55,879 nt of DNA from a virus. Taxonomy: Duplodnaviria > Caudoviricetes. Below are positions 32,855-42,392 of the stretch, in pieces. The stretch covers positions 1-55,879 of IMG/VR virus record IMGVR_UViG_3300021090_000024. One strand, 5' to 3'. The notes under the pieces were generated by a model. That model did not search any database. It was not told where the DNA came from and was given only the letters and a program-made list of their open reading frames with translations. How positions within the stretch are numbered: the first letter of the stretch is position 1; each line of letters begins with the position of its first letter. The translations under genes were made by a program, and so were the position numbers.

Positions 32855-33300
32855 TGTGGGCAATACCCATAAAATCCGAGAGCCATATTGCAGTTATGAC
32901 ATAGGACGCGGATATGTGTTGGCCAATTTTTCAATACATATTCATAGAAATCACCATTAGGTAAAGAGCGGCGTTCGGCTCTACCTCCACCATTGATATG
33001 ATCAAGCGCTAAAAATTCTTCTCGATCCTCAGCACAACAAGCACATTTCCCGCCATAATATTGGAGTACCTTATGTCGAATTTTCTGGTGACGTATTTTA
33101 CTCGCATGGCTGTCTCGCTCGAAACAAGAATGACAACGTTGTTTGGTGCCATCGCTACCCCGTGGGCGTCCGCATGATTGACATTTGCCATCAGCGAGTC
33201 GTTGTTTCCTTTGCTTTCGTGCGCGTTCTCGGCAAATCGCGCATGTTTTATAATTAGAGCTTGCTGGTCGAATCTTGCAAGTCGAGCATTGTATTTCCAT
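32821..33300 (-). CDS. HNH homing endonuclease (antisense insertion)
   Basis: YGGKCACC..EFLALDHINGGG..RVLCHNCN..CPH. Confidence 0.9.
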   Translation of the reverse strand: MEIQCSTCKIRPASSNYKTCAICRERARKQRKQRLADGKCQSCGRPRGSDGTKQRCHSCFERDSHASKIRHQKIRHKVLQYYGGKCACCAEDREEFLALDHINGGGRAERRSLPNGDFYEYVLKNWPTHIRVLCHNCNMALGFYGYCPHQFSCAIHNTL

Positions 33301-33345
33301 GTACTCATACTAATCTATATGAGTACATTGGGCAAATGCCAATAA

Positions 33346-33387
33346 TCGGCTCAAGCATAGACAGACCACTATATATATGATTAGGAT
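33346..33387 (+). promoter_or_regulatory. Phage promoter motif copy 6
   Basis: TCGGCTCA-N4-TAGACA-N18-TAGGAT upstream of the tail tube operon. Confidence 0.75.
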
Positions 33388-33409
33388 ATTAACGTATTAG
33401 GAGGCCGAG

Positions 33410-33664
33410 ATGCCACGTGTGCGTAAGTCGACAGCGCAACTAGAGTTAGGAATTGTCCGACTTACAGGTCGCGCTAAGACTCTTCGAAAGCGTGGGCCAT
33501 CAGGAACTCTCTATGTATTTGAGCGTAGAGAGTTAACAGAAGTGCTTCCTAAAGATTGGGATTGGCTGGAAACATTTAATAGCGGGTATTCGCGCTTGGA
33601 GATTGTCTCGAAACCGAAAGTACCGGAGCCTGTTGTGACTAGCTCAGTCGAAGATCAGAACTAA
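33410..33664 (+). CDS. Hypothetical protein
   Basis: SD AGGAGG. Confidence 0.7.
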   Translation: MPRVRKSTAQLELGIVRLTGRAKTLRKRGPSGTLYVFERRELTEVLPKDWDWLETFNSGYSRLEIVSKPKVPEPVVTSSVEDQN

Positions 33665-33675
33665 GGAGAACTACG

Positions 33676-34269
33676 ATGGCCTTTGATCCTTCCAAAATTC
33701 GTGTAGCGGCTGGTCGCATCTATTTCGGTGTGACTAATCCGACTTCCGGTGATCCGCTTGCTCTTACATCTGGTGTGCCTGCTGATGGTGATGAAATTGG
33801 TCTGACACAGGGCGAATCGACCATGACCTATGAAGTCACTTATGACGAGGAAATGGCCGATCAGGTTCTTGCACCTGTCGCGGTATTCGCCACACAGGAA
33901 GCCTTCCAGCTTGAATTCACCATGTTGGAGTATGCGGCCACTCAGTTGACCGTGTTCTTCCAGAATGCAGAACTAACGCAGGATGAGATTTCTACTCCGA
34001 AGACCGATCTTTACACCATCGGCAACCTGGCAGATGGTGCAGGTAGCTTTGTCGATCTGAATTCCATTTACCTGATTTCGCCGATTCCTGGCACTAGCCC
34101 ACAGCGATACACAATCGTTGGTCTATATCAGGCATACCAGAGCGAGCCTGGCGCGATTCGGTACACGCGTGAGGGCGCATCTGTCATGAAGTCGACCTTC
34201 AAGGCAATTACTGACCTTACACGCGACCCTGGCGACTTCTTGGGTCAGGTGGTTGTGGAACGTAACTAA
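33676..34269 (+). CDS. Major tail tube protein
   Basis: SD AAGGAG; GRIYFG, IGLTQG, FTMLE; precedes the chaperones and tape measure. Confidence 0.85.
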   Translation: MAFDPSKIRVAAGRIYFGVTNPTSGDPLALTSGVPADGDEIGLTQGESTMTYEVTYDEEMADQVLAPVAVFATQEAFQLEFTMLEYAATQLTVFFQNAELTQDEISTPKTDLYTIGNLADGAGSFVDLNSIYLISPIPGTSPQRYTIVGLYQAYQSEPGAIRYTREGASVMKSTFKAITDLTRDPGDFLGQVVVERN

Positions 34270-34297
34270 AAATCAACTAGCGAGGCTTGGTAGGCAA

Positions 34298-34324
34298 TGC
34301 CCTTCCCTTTTCGGAAGGGCATTT
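34298..34324 (+). terminator. Probable terminator hairpin after the tail tube gene
   Basis: TGCCCTTCC-CTTTTC-GGAAGGGCA-TTT. Confidence 0.6.
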
Positions 34325-34381
34325 GCGCGTCTTGTGGTATATTGTTCTTAGTACAAATGTTCTTTGGAGGAGATACAACCC

Positions 34382-34852
34382 ATGACGCGCACACAAAATG
34401 ATTTTGAAGTTCTGGCCCCGAAGCCAGTAGATGTGACGGTTGGTGATCGTAAGTTCGTGCAGGAGCCTTTATCGCTTCGTGCCACTACTGGCTTGATAGT
34501 GGCTGTTTCGGAAGAATTTGAACGAGCCACATCGTCACCAGCGGTGATGGAGTTTATGGATTCCGATATGGAGAAAGTGCCTGCACTTTCATTCGTACCC
34601 AAACTTCTGAAGGCACTTTCTGATATTCCGAATGCGGTGCCACGGATTCTTTCTATCATCCTCACGGGCGATGATACAGATGCGGATTTAGTGGCCTTCA
34701 TTGATAAGCAGTGTCGTCCGGTACAGGCCTTGCGCATTCTTCGCACATTCGTTGAGCAGAATGAGCCAGAGGAATTGATCGAAAATTTTACCGCGCTGCG
34801 GTCGATGCTCGGAAACGCAATGAACAAGGCGAAGGAGAAGGCGACAACGTAG
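34382..34852 (+). CDS. Tail assembly chaperone (gpG-like)
   Basis: SD GGAGGAG; between tube and tape measure genes; slippery A AAT TTT at 34783-34789. Confidence 0.85.
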   Translation: MTRTQNDFEVLAPKPVDVTVGDRKFVQEPLSLRATTGLIVAVSEEFERATSSPAVMEFMDSDMEKVPALSFVPKLLKALSDIPNAVPRILSIILTGDDTDADLVAFIDKQCRPVQALRILRTFVEQNEPEELIENFTALRSMLGNAMNKAKEKATT

Positions 34853-35256
34853 AAAATAAATTCAGCCACTATCTTGCGCTTCAAATCGAATCGCTAATGG
34901 CTGATTGGGGCCGCACTCTTGCGGAAATACTTGACGGTATGACATTGCCGCAGTTTCGCCTTTTGGCAAAGATGCGTCAGCGTCGTATAACAGATGATCG
35001 CCGATGGGATTTGCAAATTGCAAGTTTGAGCCTGCAAACAGAAGAGCAGTCTGAGGCTTGGTCTGTTTTGATGGACAATCTAACGGAGGCGGAAACGGGT
35101 GAACCGGCACAGGCGGATATGGGTGGAGGCTTCACAGTCTCTAAGCGACATCCATTGCTTCATGAATTAACAGAAGCACAAGTTAGGGCAGACCCACAAC
35201 TACGTCGGATTATCAGATTCCGCAAAATTACGGAGCCAAGTAGTGTCGAAGCTTAG
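34783..35256 (+). CDS. Tail assembly chaperone gpGT extension via -1 frameshift
   Basis: The -1 frame is open from 34765 to 35256 and includes ORF 34897-35256. Confidence 0.75.
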   Translation, partial: KFYRAAVDARKRNEQGEGEGDNVENKFSHYLALQIESLMADWGRTLAEILDGMTLPQFRLLAKMRQRRITDDRRWDLQIASLSLQTEEQSEAWSVLMDNLTEAETGEPAQADMGGGFTVSKRHPLLHELTEAQVRADPQLRRIIRFRKITEPSSVEA

Positions 35257-38200
35257 CGAAATTGTCATTAAAATCAAGGCCGACGCGATTCAATATCGTG
35301 AGACCTTGAAGAGTGCTGCCTTGGAATCGAAGTTGCGTATGCAGCAGATGCGTGAGGATGCACTTCGACTACGTACAGCGCATACAGACCTGGGTAAAAG
35401 CACTGATGGACTCTTGAGCAAGTTTAAGAATCTTGGTCTTGGCGTTATTGGCAACATCGCACGATTCACGGCCTACTATTTGGCCGTGGGTGCTTTGAAG
35501 AATATCTTCGGTGGTGCCATTGATGAGATGCGTAAGTTTGATGAAGCCTTGCGCAACATTCAATCGATTACCCTTCAATCCGATGAGGAAATTTCCCAAC
35601 TTAGTCAAGACCTCTTGGCTTTGGTATTCAGTGGAGATGCGGCTGGCGCATCGGCATCTGATCTTGCTGCCGGTATGTATGAATTGGTGTCTGCTGGTTA
35701 TAACTCTTCTGAAGCGCTTGGTCTTATCCAAATTGCTGCCGTAGGTGCTGCTGCTGGTTTATCCACTGTACAAAATTCTTCCCTTGCTTTGTTGGGCATT
35801 CTTCAGTCATATCATTTGCCTGTATCGCAAGCAGCCGAAGTTATGGATCAATTGTTCACCATTGTGGACTTGGGTGTTATTCATTTTGATGATCTCGTGA
35901 CAGGTCTTGGTTACTTGATTCCAACCGCCGCCGCCTTGGAAATACCTCTTAATGAAGTCGGTGCTGCCATTGAGATGCTAACCCGACAGGGCCAGATGTC
36001 GAGTCGGGTGATGACTAACCTAAATGATCTCATGACACGTTTGTTGAAGCCGAATAAGGATTTGGCGTTAGTAATTGCTGATTTAGGTTTTTCATCCGGT
36101 AAAGCAATGGTCGACGCGTTAGGGTTCGCTGGCACTATTCAGGCACTTGAACGCGCATCGCACGATACGACTAGAGCTATAAAAGAGCAGGCGGAAGAGA
36201 CTGAACATTTACAGTTGGCACAGCAATCGGCCAATCTCGCATTAGCAGATGTGCGCGATAGGGAGATCGATGCGGCAGAAGCGGTGAAGGAGGCTCAGGA
36301 AGCCTTAAACAAGCCCTTTAAGTTTCAGAAGGATAGGGATAAGGCTCAGCGTGATTTGGTGAAAGCACAGCGTGACTATCAGAAGGCCCTTATCGCCACG
36401 CGTGAAGCGGAGATGAAAGTTAGTGCTGCGACGGCAGAGTACACCGATAAAGTCAAGACGAATAGCATGACATTGGAGGACTCTGAAGGTAAGCTGGCTC
36501 GTATGGTTGGAGATGTGCGTGCGATGCGCGCCCTTTTGCCTCTAGCGGCAGAAGGCGGTGCATTGCTCAATGCCCAACTTGCTGAGCATAACAGAGTTGT
36601 GGGAGAAGGTGAACGTACTCGAAAGGCTTTGAATGAGCAGTTGAAATCCTTTAATCTACAGTCGAAATTAGCTGTATCTAATTTGAAGGCTTTCATAATG
36701 GCCATGATTGGGCCACTGCTTCCATTTATCAACAAGCTGCTTGTTTCTTTCAATAAATGGTTCCATCAATTTTCAGATTGGGATGAAAAGCAGGGGAAGT
36801 GGGTTCTAAATCTTTATAAGTTGAAGGATGCTGTACGAAAGGTATGGATGGCCGTTATTGCGGTTGCTACTCTGCTCGGCGCAGCCTTTATTGGCCCATT
36901 TGCATTGATTATTGGCGGAATCCTTTTGCTATTATTTAAGACGAATACGCTAGATGATGCTTTCCGTCTTTTGAAAAAGACTGTAAGTACGGTTTTCAAT
37001 GTCATCAAATCTGTCATAGAAGCTGTTATCCCTGTACTTGAGAGATTCGCTCACTTCTTTGCGCTCGGTCTCGGTGGCGGCGCAATGGGCGGTAAGCATA
37101 GCTTTATTGAGAAGATGGTTTTTGGTATTGGTAAGGCAATTCGAGATGCCCTACCGTATGTTAAGACTTTCATCTCAACCATTAAGGAATTAGTGCGATT
37201 ATTCCTCCTTGGTTTCAAAGGCGGAGGCATTGGTGGGGAGTTCAGTGGATTAGAAAAGGCGGCATTTAAGGCTGGTCAGGTTGTTAGCAAAATTTTGGAC
37301 TTCTTGAAGCAAAAGGTCGTCCCGTTTGCGCTGACTACGATAGTGGATGCCGCAAAGTCGTTATATGCTTGGCTTTTGAAAATGCAAACCAAGTTGGAAG
37401 AGATATGGAATTCTCCTGTTACAAAAAACGCTATAGCAGCATTTATTATAGCGTTGAACGTTATCGGTCAAGTAATCTCCTTTGTGGTTAAAAAGGTGGG
37501 AGAATTTTTTGCATCCGAGGCCGGTCAGAAGGTCTTAGAATTCCTTGGCAAGATCGTGCCAATAATTGCGGCTGTTGCTTTGGCAATGAACCCATTTGTG
37601 ATGCAATTCAGCGCAGCGGTGTTAGTTGTATGGTCGATTGTCAAGGCGATTGAATGGCTAGTTGTTCAATTTAATATGGTGAAGGACGCTATTGGCAATG
37701 CTTGGAATGCTATGATCGCCTTCGCAAATGGTATTGGCACAAAATTCTCCGAGATTAAGGACGCCATTGGCGGTTTCATTGAGGATGCTATTGCCACGCT
37801 CTCCTCCTTCCCAAGTCGGATTGGAGAGCTTGCTTCACGAGTATATACGGAGGCTAAAGGTATTGGCTCATCCTTTGTCGACGGTATCGTTGAAGGATTG
37901 AAGTCTATGGCTGGTTCCACGATGGAGATCGCCGGAACCATTTATGCTGCCTTGAAGGGCGCATTCAATCAAGCCTTAATGTGGGCACACAACAACCTCA
38001 AAAAGCATATTGGTAAAATCGGCGTTGGTAAATTCGCTGTCGATCTTGGTGATTTGCAATTCCCACTCGTGCAGTTTGCAAAGGGTGTGAGGGATTGGGG
38101 CGGTGGTTTGGCGATGATGGGCGAGAAGGGGCCGGAGGCGGCTATTCTACCAAGAGGGACATCGGTAGCTAATGCGCCTAAGACAAGTCGGATCATGGAT

Positions 38201-38386
38201 AATTTAGCTAGAACGGATCGTGGTGGCGCTACGGTAAACGCCAACTTCAATATCAACGGACAGACGCTCGATCAGATTCAGTCCCAATTGCTTCAATCTG
38301 TTAGCGAGCTTATGCGCGATTTGCGTCAGGGTTCTATTCGACGGGGTGCGGCATTAAATAGTAGACTACAGATAGCACCTAGTTAA
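35243..38386 (+). CDS. Tape measure protein
   Basis: 1047 aa helical; TP901-like core (MYELVSAG, GLGYLIPTA); C-terminal MGEKGPE. Confidence 0.95.
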   Translation: MSKLSEIVIKIKADAIQYRETLKSAALESKLRMQQMREDALRLRTAHTDLGKSTDGLLSKFKNLGLGVIGNIARFTAYYLAVGALKNIFGGAIDEMRKFDEALRNIQSITLQSDEEISQLSQDLLALVFSGDAAGASASDLAAGMYELVSAGYNSSEALGLIQIAAVGAAAGLSTVQNSSLALLGILQSYHLPVSQAAEVMDQLFTIVDLGVIHFDDLVTGLGYLIPTAAALEIPLNEVGAAIEMLTRQGQMSSRVMTNLNDLMTRLLKPNKDLALVIADLGFSSGKAMVDALGFAGTIQALERASHDTTRAIKEQAEETEHLQLAQQSANLALADVRDREIDAAEAVKEAQEALNKPFKFQKDRDKAQRDLVKAQRDYQKALIATREAEMKVSAATAEYTDKVKTNSMTLEDSEGKLARMVGDVRAMRALLPLAAEGGALLNAQLAEHNRVVGEGERTRKALNEQLKSFNLQSKLAVSNLKAFIMAMIGPLLPFINKLLVSFNKWFHQFSDWDEKQGKWVLNLYKLKDAVRKVWMAVIAVATLLGAAFIGPFALIIGGILLLLFKTNTLDDAFRLLKKTVSTVFNVIKSVIEAVIPVLERFAHFFALGLGGGAMGGKHSFIEKMVFGIGKAIRDALPYVKTFISTIKELVRLFLLGFKGGGIGGEFSGLEKAAFKAGQVVSKILDFLKQKVVPFALTTIVDAAKSLYAWLLKMQTKLEEIWNSPVTKNAIAAFIIALNVIGQVISFVVKKVGEFFASEAGQKVLEFLGKIVPIIAAVALAMNPFVMQFSAAVLVVWSIVKAIEWLVVQFNMVKDAIGNAWNAMIAFANGIGTKFSEIKDAIGGFIEDAIATLSSFPSRIGELASRVYTEAKGIGSSFVDGIVEGLKSMAGSTMEIAGTIYAALKGAFNQALMWAHNNLKKHIGKIGVGKFAVDLGDLQFPLVQFAKGVRDWGGGLAMMGEKGPEAAILPRGTSVANAPKTSRIMDNLARTDRGGATVNANFNINGQTLDQIQSQLLQSVSELMRDLRQGSIRRGAALNSRLQIAPS

Positions 38387-38401
38387 AAGGAGAGTTTCAT
38401 C

Positions 38402-39058
38402 ATGCGACACATTCATATATTGCGGAAGTACGGAGCAGCAACTACCATTTACCTGCCTATCATAAAACGGGCAGTTCAGGATTTCGCTGTCAGCGCGGAT
38501 TGGACGCCGGTTGCAGGTGATGTCAAGATTGATAAGAATGAGGCTGGCCCTGCTAACATTGCGACTTTGCCAACCCCTATTACAGCCGGTAACGGGGCTT
38601 ATTGGAAGCAACCATTAGCTGCCGCAGAGATGGAAGCAGCTAAAGTTGTGATCACAATGATCGATGCCGCGACTAAGACTATTGAAGACACGATGATCAC
38701 TATCGACACCTATGGCAATGCTTCGGCTGAGCACGCGGTTGATCTTGATGATTCGGTTCGTGCAGGCCTTACAGCCCTGCCTAACTCTATACCAGGCATT
38801 CGCGGTGGTCTCACGCTTCAGGGTGAGTTCTATAGCGGTGTGGCGGCATCTTCAACTCTCTCAACCGTTGTGTTACCAAATGACGCGCCATCAGGCGACG
38901 ATGATCTCAACAATGCTGTTGTGGCCGTCATCAAGGGCACTGGTAAGGGTCAAATGCGGCGCTGCACTGATTACACTGGTGCCACCCGTACAGTGACCAT
39001 AGACAGCGCATGGAGCACGCTACCGGATACTACGAGCTTGATCTTGGTCTGCTACTAG
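38402..39058 (+). CDS. Tail/baseplate accessory protein, paralogue of 46248-46934
   Basis: SD AGGAG; shared D.VR.GLTALPN. Confidence 0.65.
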   Translation: MRHIHILRKYGAATTIYLPIIKRAVQDFAVSADWTPVAGDVKIDKNEAGPANIATLPTPITAGNGAYWKQPLAAAEMEAAKVVITMIDAATKTIEDTMITIDTYGNASAEHAVDLDDSVRAGLTALPNSIPGIRGGLTLQGEFYSGVAASSTLSTVVLPNDAPSGDDDLNNAVVAVIKGTGKGQMRRCTDYTGATRTVTIDSAWSTLPDTTSLILVCY

Positions 39059-39067
39059 GAGGACGCT

Positions 39068-39463
39068 ATGAGTGTTCCTCTACTCTTTCTGCTCCTTGAA
39101 GAGGAAGGAGGGTCGGGTGCAGGTATCAATGCCCAACTCGGCTCCTTCGTCTTCCAAACGGGGCTGGATAATGTCGAACCACAATCTGATAGTGATTGGA
39201 ATCGCGAACCGAGCGTGCAGATTACGCGTGCACGCGGGTCAGCGAAAGACACTATCTTGCGGCTCGCTATGGGATCATTCACACGATCATTTTCAGTATG
39301 GACGACGCCGGAACGTTTCCGCATATTACGCACGATGGTCTCGACTTTGCAGACTTTTGTAGATTGGGATGGGGAAACGCGTATCGTTTTTGTACAGACA
39401 GTCCATCGACAGGTGGGGCGACCCTTCCGCTGCAAAGTAGATATTGAATTGATTGAGCAATGA
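39068..39463 (+). CDS. Distal tail-like protein
   Basis: SD AGGAGG; size and position between tape measure and hub genes. Confidence 0.55.
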   Translation: MSVPLLFLLLEEEGGSGAGINAQLGSFVFQTGLDNVEPQSDSDWNREPSVQITRARGSAKDTILRLAMGSFTRSFSVWTTPERFRILRTMVSTLQTFVDWDGETRIVFVQTVHRQVGRPFRCKVDIELIEQ

Positions 39464-42390
39464 GCGTACCACTAATTCTTGCACTCTTGGAAGATGATGG
39501 CGGTGGCGAAGCCGGTGCTGCTGTTGCCGAAGCTATTTCTTTAGCGACACTCTATGAGGAGGTTAATTATAAGACCTTCCATATGGTTGTAGCTATTGCC
39601 GGTCATTGGCTCGTGCCTAATGCGCGATCTCAAAGCCACACCTTCAGTATGGGTCAAACGCCAACTTGCAGCTTTGAAATTGATAATCCCGTACCAGCCT
39701 ATGTAACTGAAGATGCTTCTGTTGTAGTTTGGCATGGCTTCAATGGCCTGACGAAAGAAGTATTTAATGGCACGATTGAGAGCGTAAGTAGGACTGATAC
39801 CGGTGTGACCATACAGTGCTCCGGTCAAATGAAAAAACTTAGTGCACCATTTAAGCAACTTGTCTCGACAACAGGTAGCGGCTTATCCACAGCGGATGGA
39901 GGGCTTTTATCTTGGTTACAGTCCACACCATTCGTTGCTCCAAATCCTGGGTATGCGTTTGGTCTGCAAGAGGATTCTTCATTCAATATATGGAGTATGT
40001 ATCGAGGCATATTGCCACTCCCTAATGGGGCTTTTAATGTATTTACGGCGGTGGCATGGTTAGCGGCGCATGGAGTGCCTGGCTTTATACCGACAGAATT
40101 GATCGCCTTTTTGAATACCTCTGTATTTGATGCACCTAATGCTGCTTATAATTATGGTTTGCAAGAGGATTCTTCACATGATGTATGGCTGGTTTGGCAT
40201 GGCCAATCTCCCGCACCTAATGGTGCATTTACTTTAGAAGCAGCGACCGCTTGGTTATTGGAACATGGGGCATACGCAGTCAGCGGTACTGCTGGTGCAG
40301 CATTATCCGCACAGGATTTGGTTAACACTATCTTGATTGCGGCTGGTGTGACTAATAAGTATGTGAATCTTGGGCCTTGGGTGCCTGGTACGGTTGTGCA
40401 GCAGCCTCTACAATTTCAGACTTATGCGGATGCCGTTAACACACTTGCGGAGCCATTTGGCTCTCCTGCATATGAGATGCCTAATGGTCAAATTAGGGTA
40501 GAGCTTCGTGATCCGATACCTGCACCAGGATACTTCCGGCAGTATTTTGTAGGCATGATTAGCGCTGATGGTTCCGTAACGCAGCCATCGGCAATAGCGA
40601 ATGCTTTATCTCTACCGCGTATTCGCAGCATTAGCGCCAATATATTGCGTCGAGAGGTGTACAACAAAATCATAGTGCGGGGTGCATCCATACCACAAAC
40701 AGGGCCAGAAGGCGAAGAGAATAGTATCCTTTTGGAGACAACGGCATTTGCGACATCGCCTTGGATTCCTCCAATCAATGGTGTAGATCAATATAATGAG
40801 CTTCCTTATCAAAGCGAACTTTTGGATGTTCCGCAAGACCTTGCAACAGTTGCTTTGCGTTATCTCGATCTTTACAATCGTCTGATTGAAGAACTTAACG
40901 TCTCTATTGATGGCGATCCTGAGATAGCCCTTGGCATGACTGTGTACATTGCTGATCCGCAGAATACCGGTATTAGCTTCCGTTATTTCGTGTCCGGTTA
41001 CACGACAAGTGTTTCGGATAACGATTATGTGACCGAACTAACCTTACGTGGAGGACGCGCTGCTGGCTCTACACCACATATCGCGCCCTTTGCCAATTTT
41101 ACTTGGCGCAATCAATATTCTCAGATTCCACCTGCACAGGATAATCAGTCTCAGAACTCAATTAGCAAATCATCTATAGGATCAAAGGTGCAACAATTTG
41201 TGCCTACCGATGCTTTAGCCGATGACGATCCTGGTGTAGCTGGTCAGCGAGTATTGATCACATTTGATGCAAGCCCATCTTTTGATCCAGATGGTCGAAT
41301 TGTGGCGTACTCTTGGCGCGATAACTATGCTTACACTCGATCAGGAAAAAGAGTAACACTCGCATATGATCCTGATGCAGCCGGTAGCATTGAGATGACC
41401 TTGACTGTGTTTGACAATGAAGGGCTGTCCGCAACAGTGACGCAGACGGTTAACATCAATACATTTGGCCCTTCTGATGGCTATATCACAGGAGAGGATG
41501 CGGGCGGAAATTCTCAGACAGTTAGCGTCATGGTGGTGGGTGACGGTATTGCCGGTATCTCTAGTGATGGTGCCGAGAATTGGAATCTCTATGATGCGGC
41601 ATTTAGTGGAAGCGTTATAGGTGTAGTTGCTTACGGCCCATTGTCGGCAGTGCTATTTCTTGGAGAAGAATCTGGTTTGATCACACTCGATGGCGGAGTG
41701 ACATGGACTGTGATTGAAGGATTAGGTGAGACGCCTGCCGATGTAATCAGCCTGACAGTAAGCAACGATAATGGTGAGTTCTCACATTTTCAGGTATTGG
41801 CTACTAGCGGTCATGTCTATACCAGTGAGGTTAGCCGTTTACTGAATGGCGGCGTTTGGGATGCTTATCCTCTTTCACCTTCTAGGCTTCCTGGTTATGA
41901 GTCCGCTGCCGCCCCTACTGATTCTTTTACGAATGGCCGTATGTTCGCTCAGTATATTCTAGGCGCAAGTTATTTGTGGGTTGAAGGTGAGGTAATTTTC
42001 GGCGCTACAAATCGCGACTTGGGTGTTATTGAAGGTAACAGTGTTTCGGTACACGCTTGGACGAAATTGAAAGCGTATACAGCCCCACCAACTCCGTCGT
42101 TTATAACTGCCATAAGCGACGATGGAGATGTTGAATTCATAGCCGTACCCTCGCCAGTTGATACGGACGGGCCTGTGGTCGACATTCAAGCTGAATCGGG
42201 TATGGAAGGTACAATGCTGCTCGCAGATGCGGGCAAGATTTATAAGACTATCGATGGCGGAGACACGGTTGGTGAAGTCTTTGTAGTAGCAGATCATCCT
42301 GAAACAGCAGGTGGTACAATTATAAGGATCAGCACGCAGAATGTGCCCTCAATGGCTCCTGATGCTGATCTATACGAGATAGGGTCTTAG
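39460..42390 (+). CDS. Tail tip/baseplate hub protein with PKD domain and BNR-like repeats
   Basis: VFNGTI, YNKIIVRG, GDPEIALG; FDASPSFDPDG.IVAYSW (PKD); SSDGAENW, TLDGGVTW, TIDGGDT. Confidence 0.8.
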   Translation: MSVPLILALLEDDGGGEAGAAVAEAISLATLYEEVNYKTFHMVVAIAGHWLVPNARSQSHTFSMGQTPTCSFEIDNPVPAYVTEDASVVVWHGFNGLTKEVFNGTIESVSRTDTGVTIQCSGQMKKLSAPFKQLVSTTGSGLSTADGGLLSWLQSTPFVAPNPGYAFGLQEDSSFNIWSMYRGILPLPNGAFNVFTAVAWLAAHGVPGFIPTELIAFLNTSVFDAPNAAYNYGLQEDSSHDVWLVWHGQSPAPNGAFTLEAATAWLLEHGAYAVSGTAGAALSAQDLVNTILIAAGVTNKYVNLGPWVPGTVVQQPLQFQTYADAVNTLAEPFGSPAYEMPNGQIRVELRDPIPAPGYFRQYFVGMISADGSVTQPSAIANALSLPRIRSISANILRREVYNKIIVRGASIPQTGPEGEENSILLETTAFATSPWIPPINGVDQYNELPYQSELLDVPQDLATVALRYLDLYNRLIEELNVSIDGDPEIALGMTVYIADPQNTGISFRYFVSGYTTSVSDNDYVTELTLRGGRAAGSTPHIAPFANFTWRNQYSQIPPAQDNQSQNSISKSSIGSKVQQFVPTDALADDDPGVAGQRVLITFDASPSFDPDGRIVAYSWRDNYAYTRSGKRVTLAYDPDAAGSIEMTLTVFDNEGLSATVTQTVNINTFGPSDGYITGEDAGGNSQTVSVMVVGDGIAGISSDGAENWNLYDAAFSGSVIGVVAYGPLSAVLFLGEESGLITLDGGVTWTVIEGLGETPADVISLTVSNDNGEFSHFQVLATSGHVYTSEVSRLLNGGVWDAYPLSPSRLPGYESAAAPTDSFTNGRMFAQYILGASYLWVEGEVIFGATNRDLGVIEGNSVSVHAWTKLKAYTAPPTPSFITAISDDGDVEFIAVPSPVDTDGPVVDIQAESGMEGTMLLADAGKIYKTIDGGDTVGEVFVVADHPETAGGTIIRISTQNVPSMAPDADLYEIGS

Positions 42391-42392
42391 CT

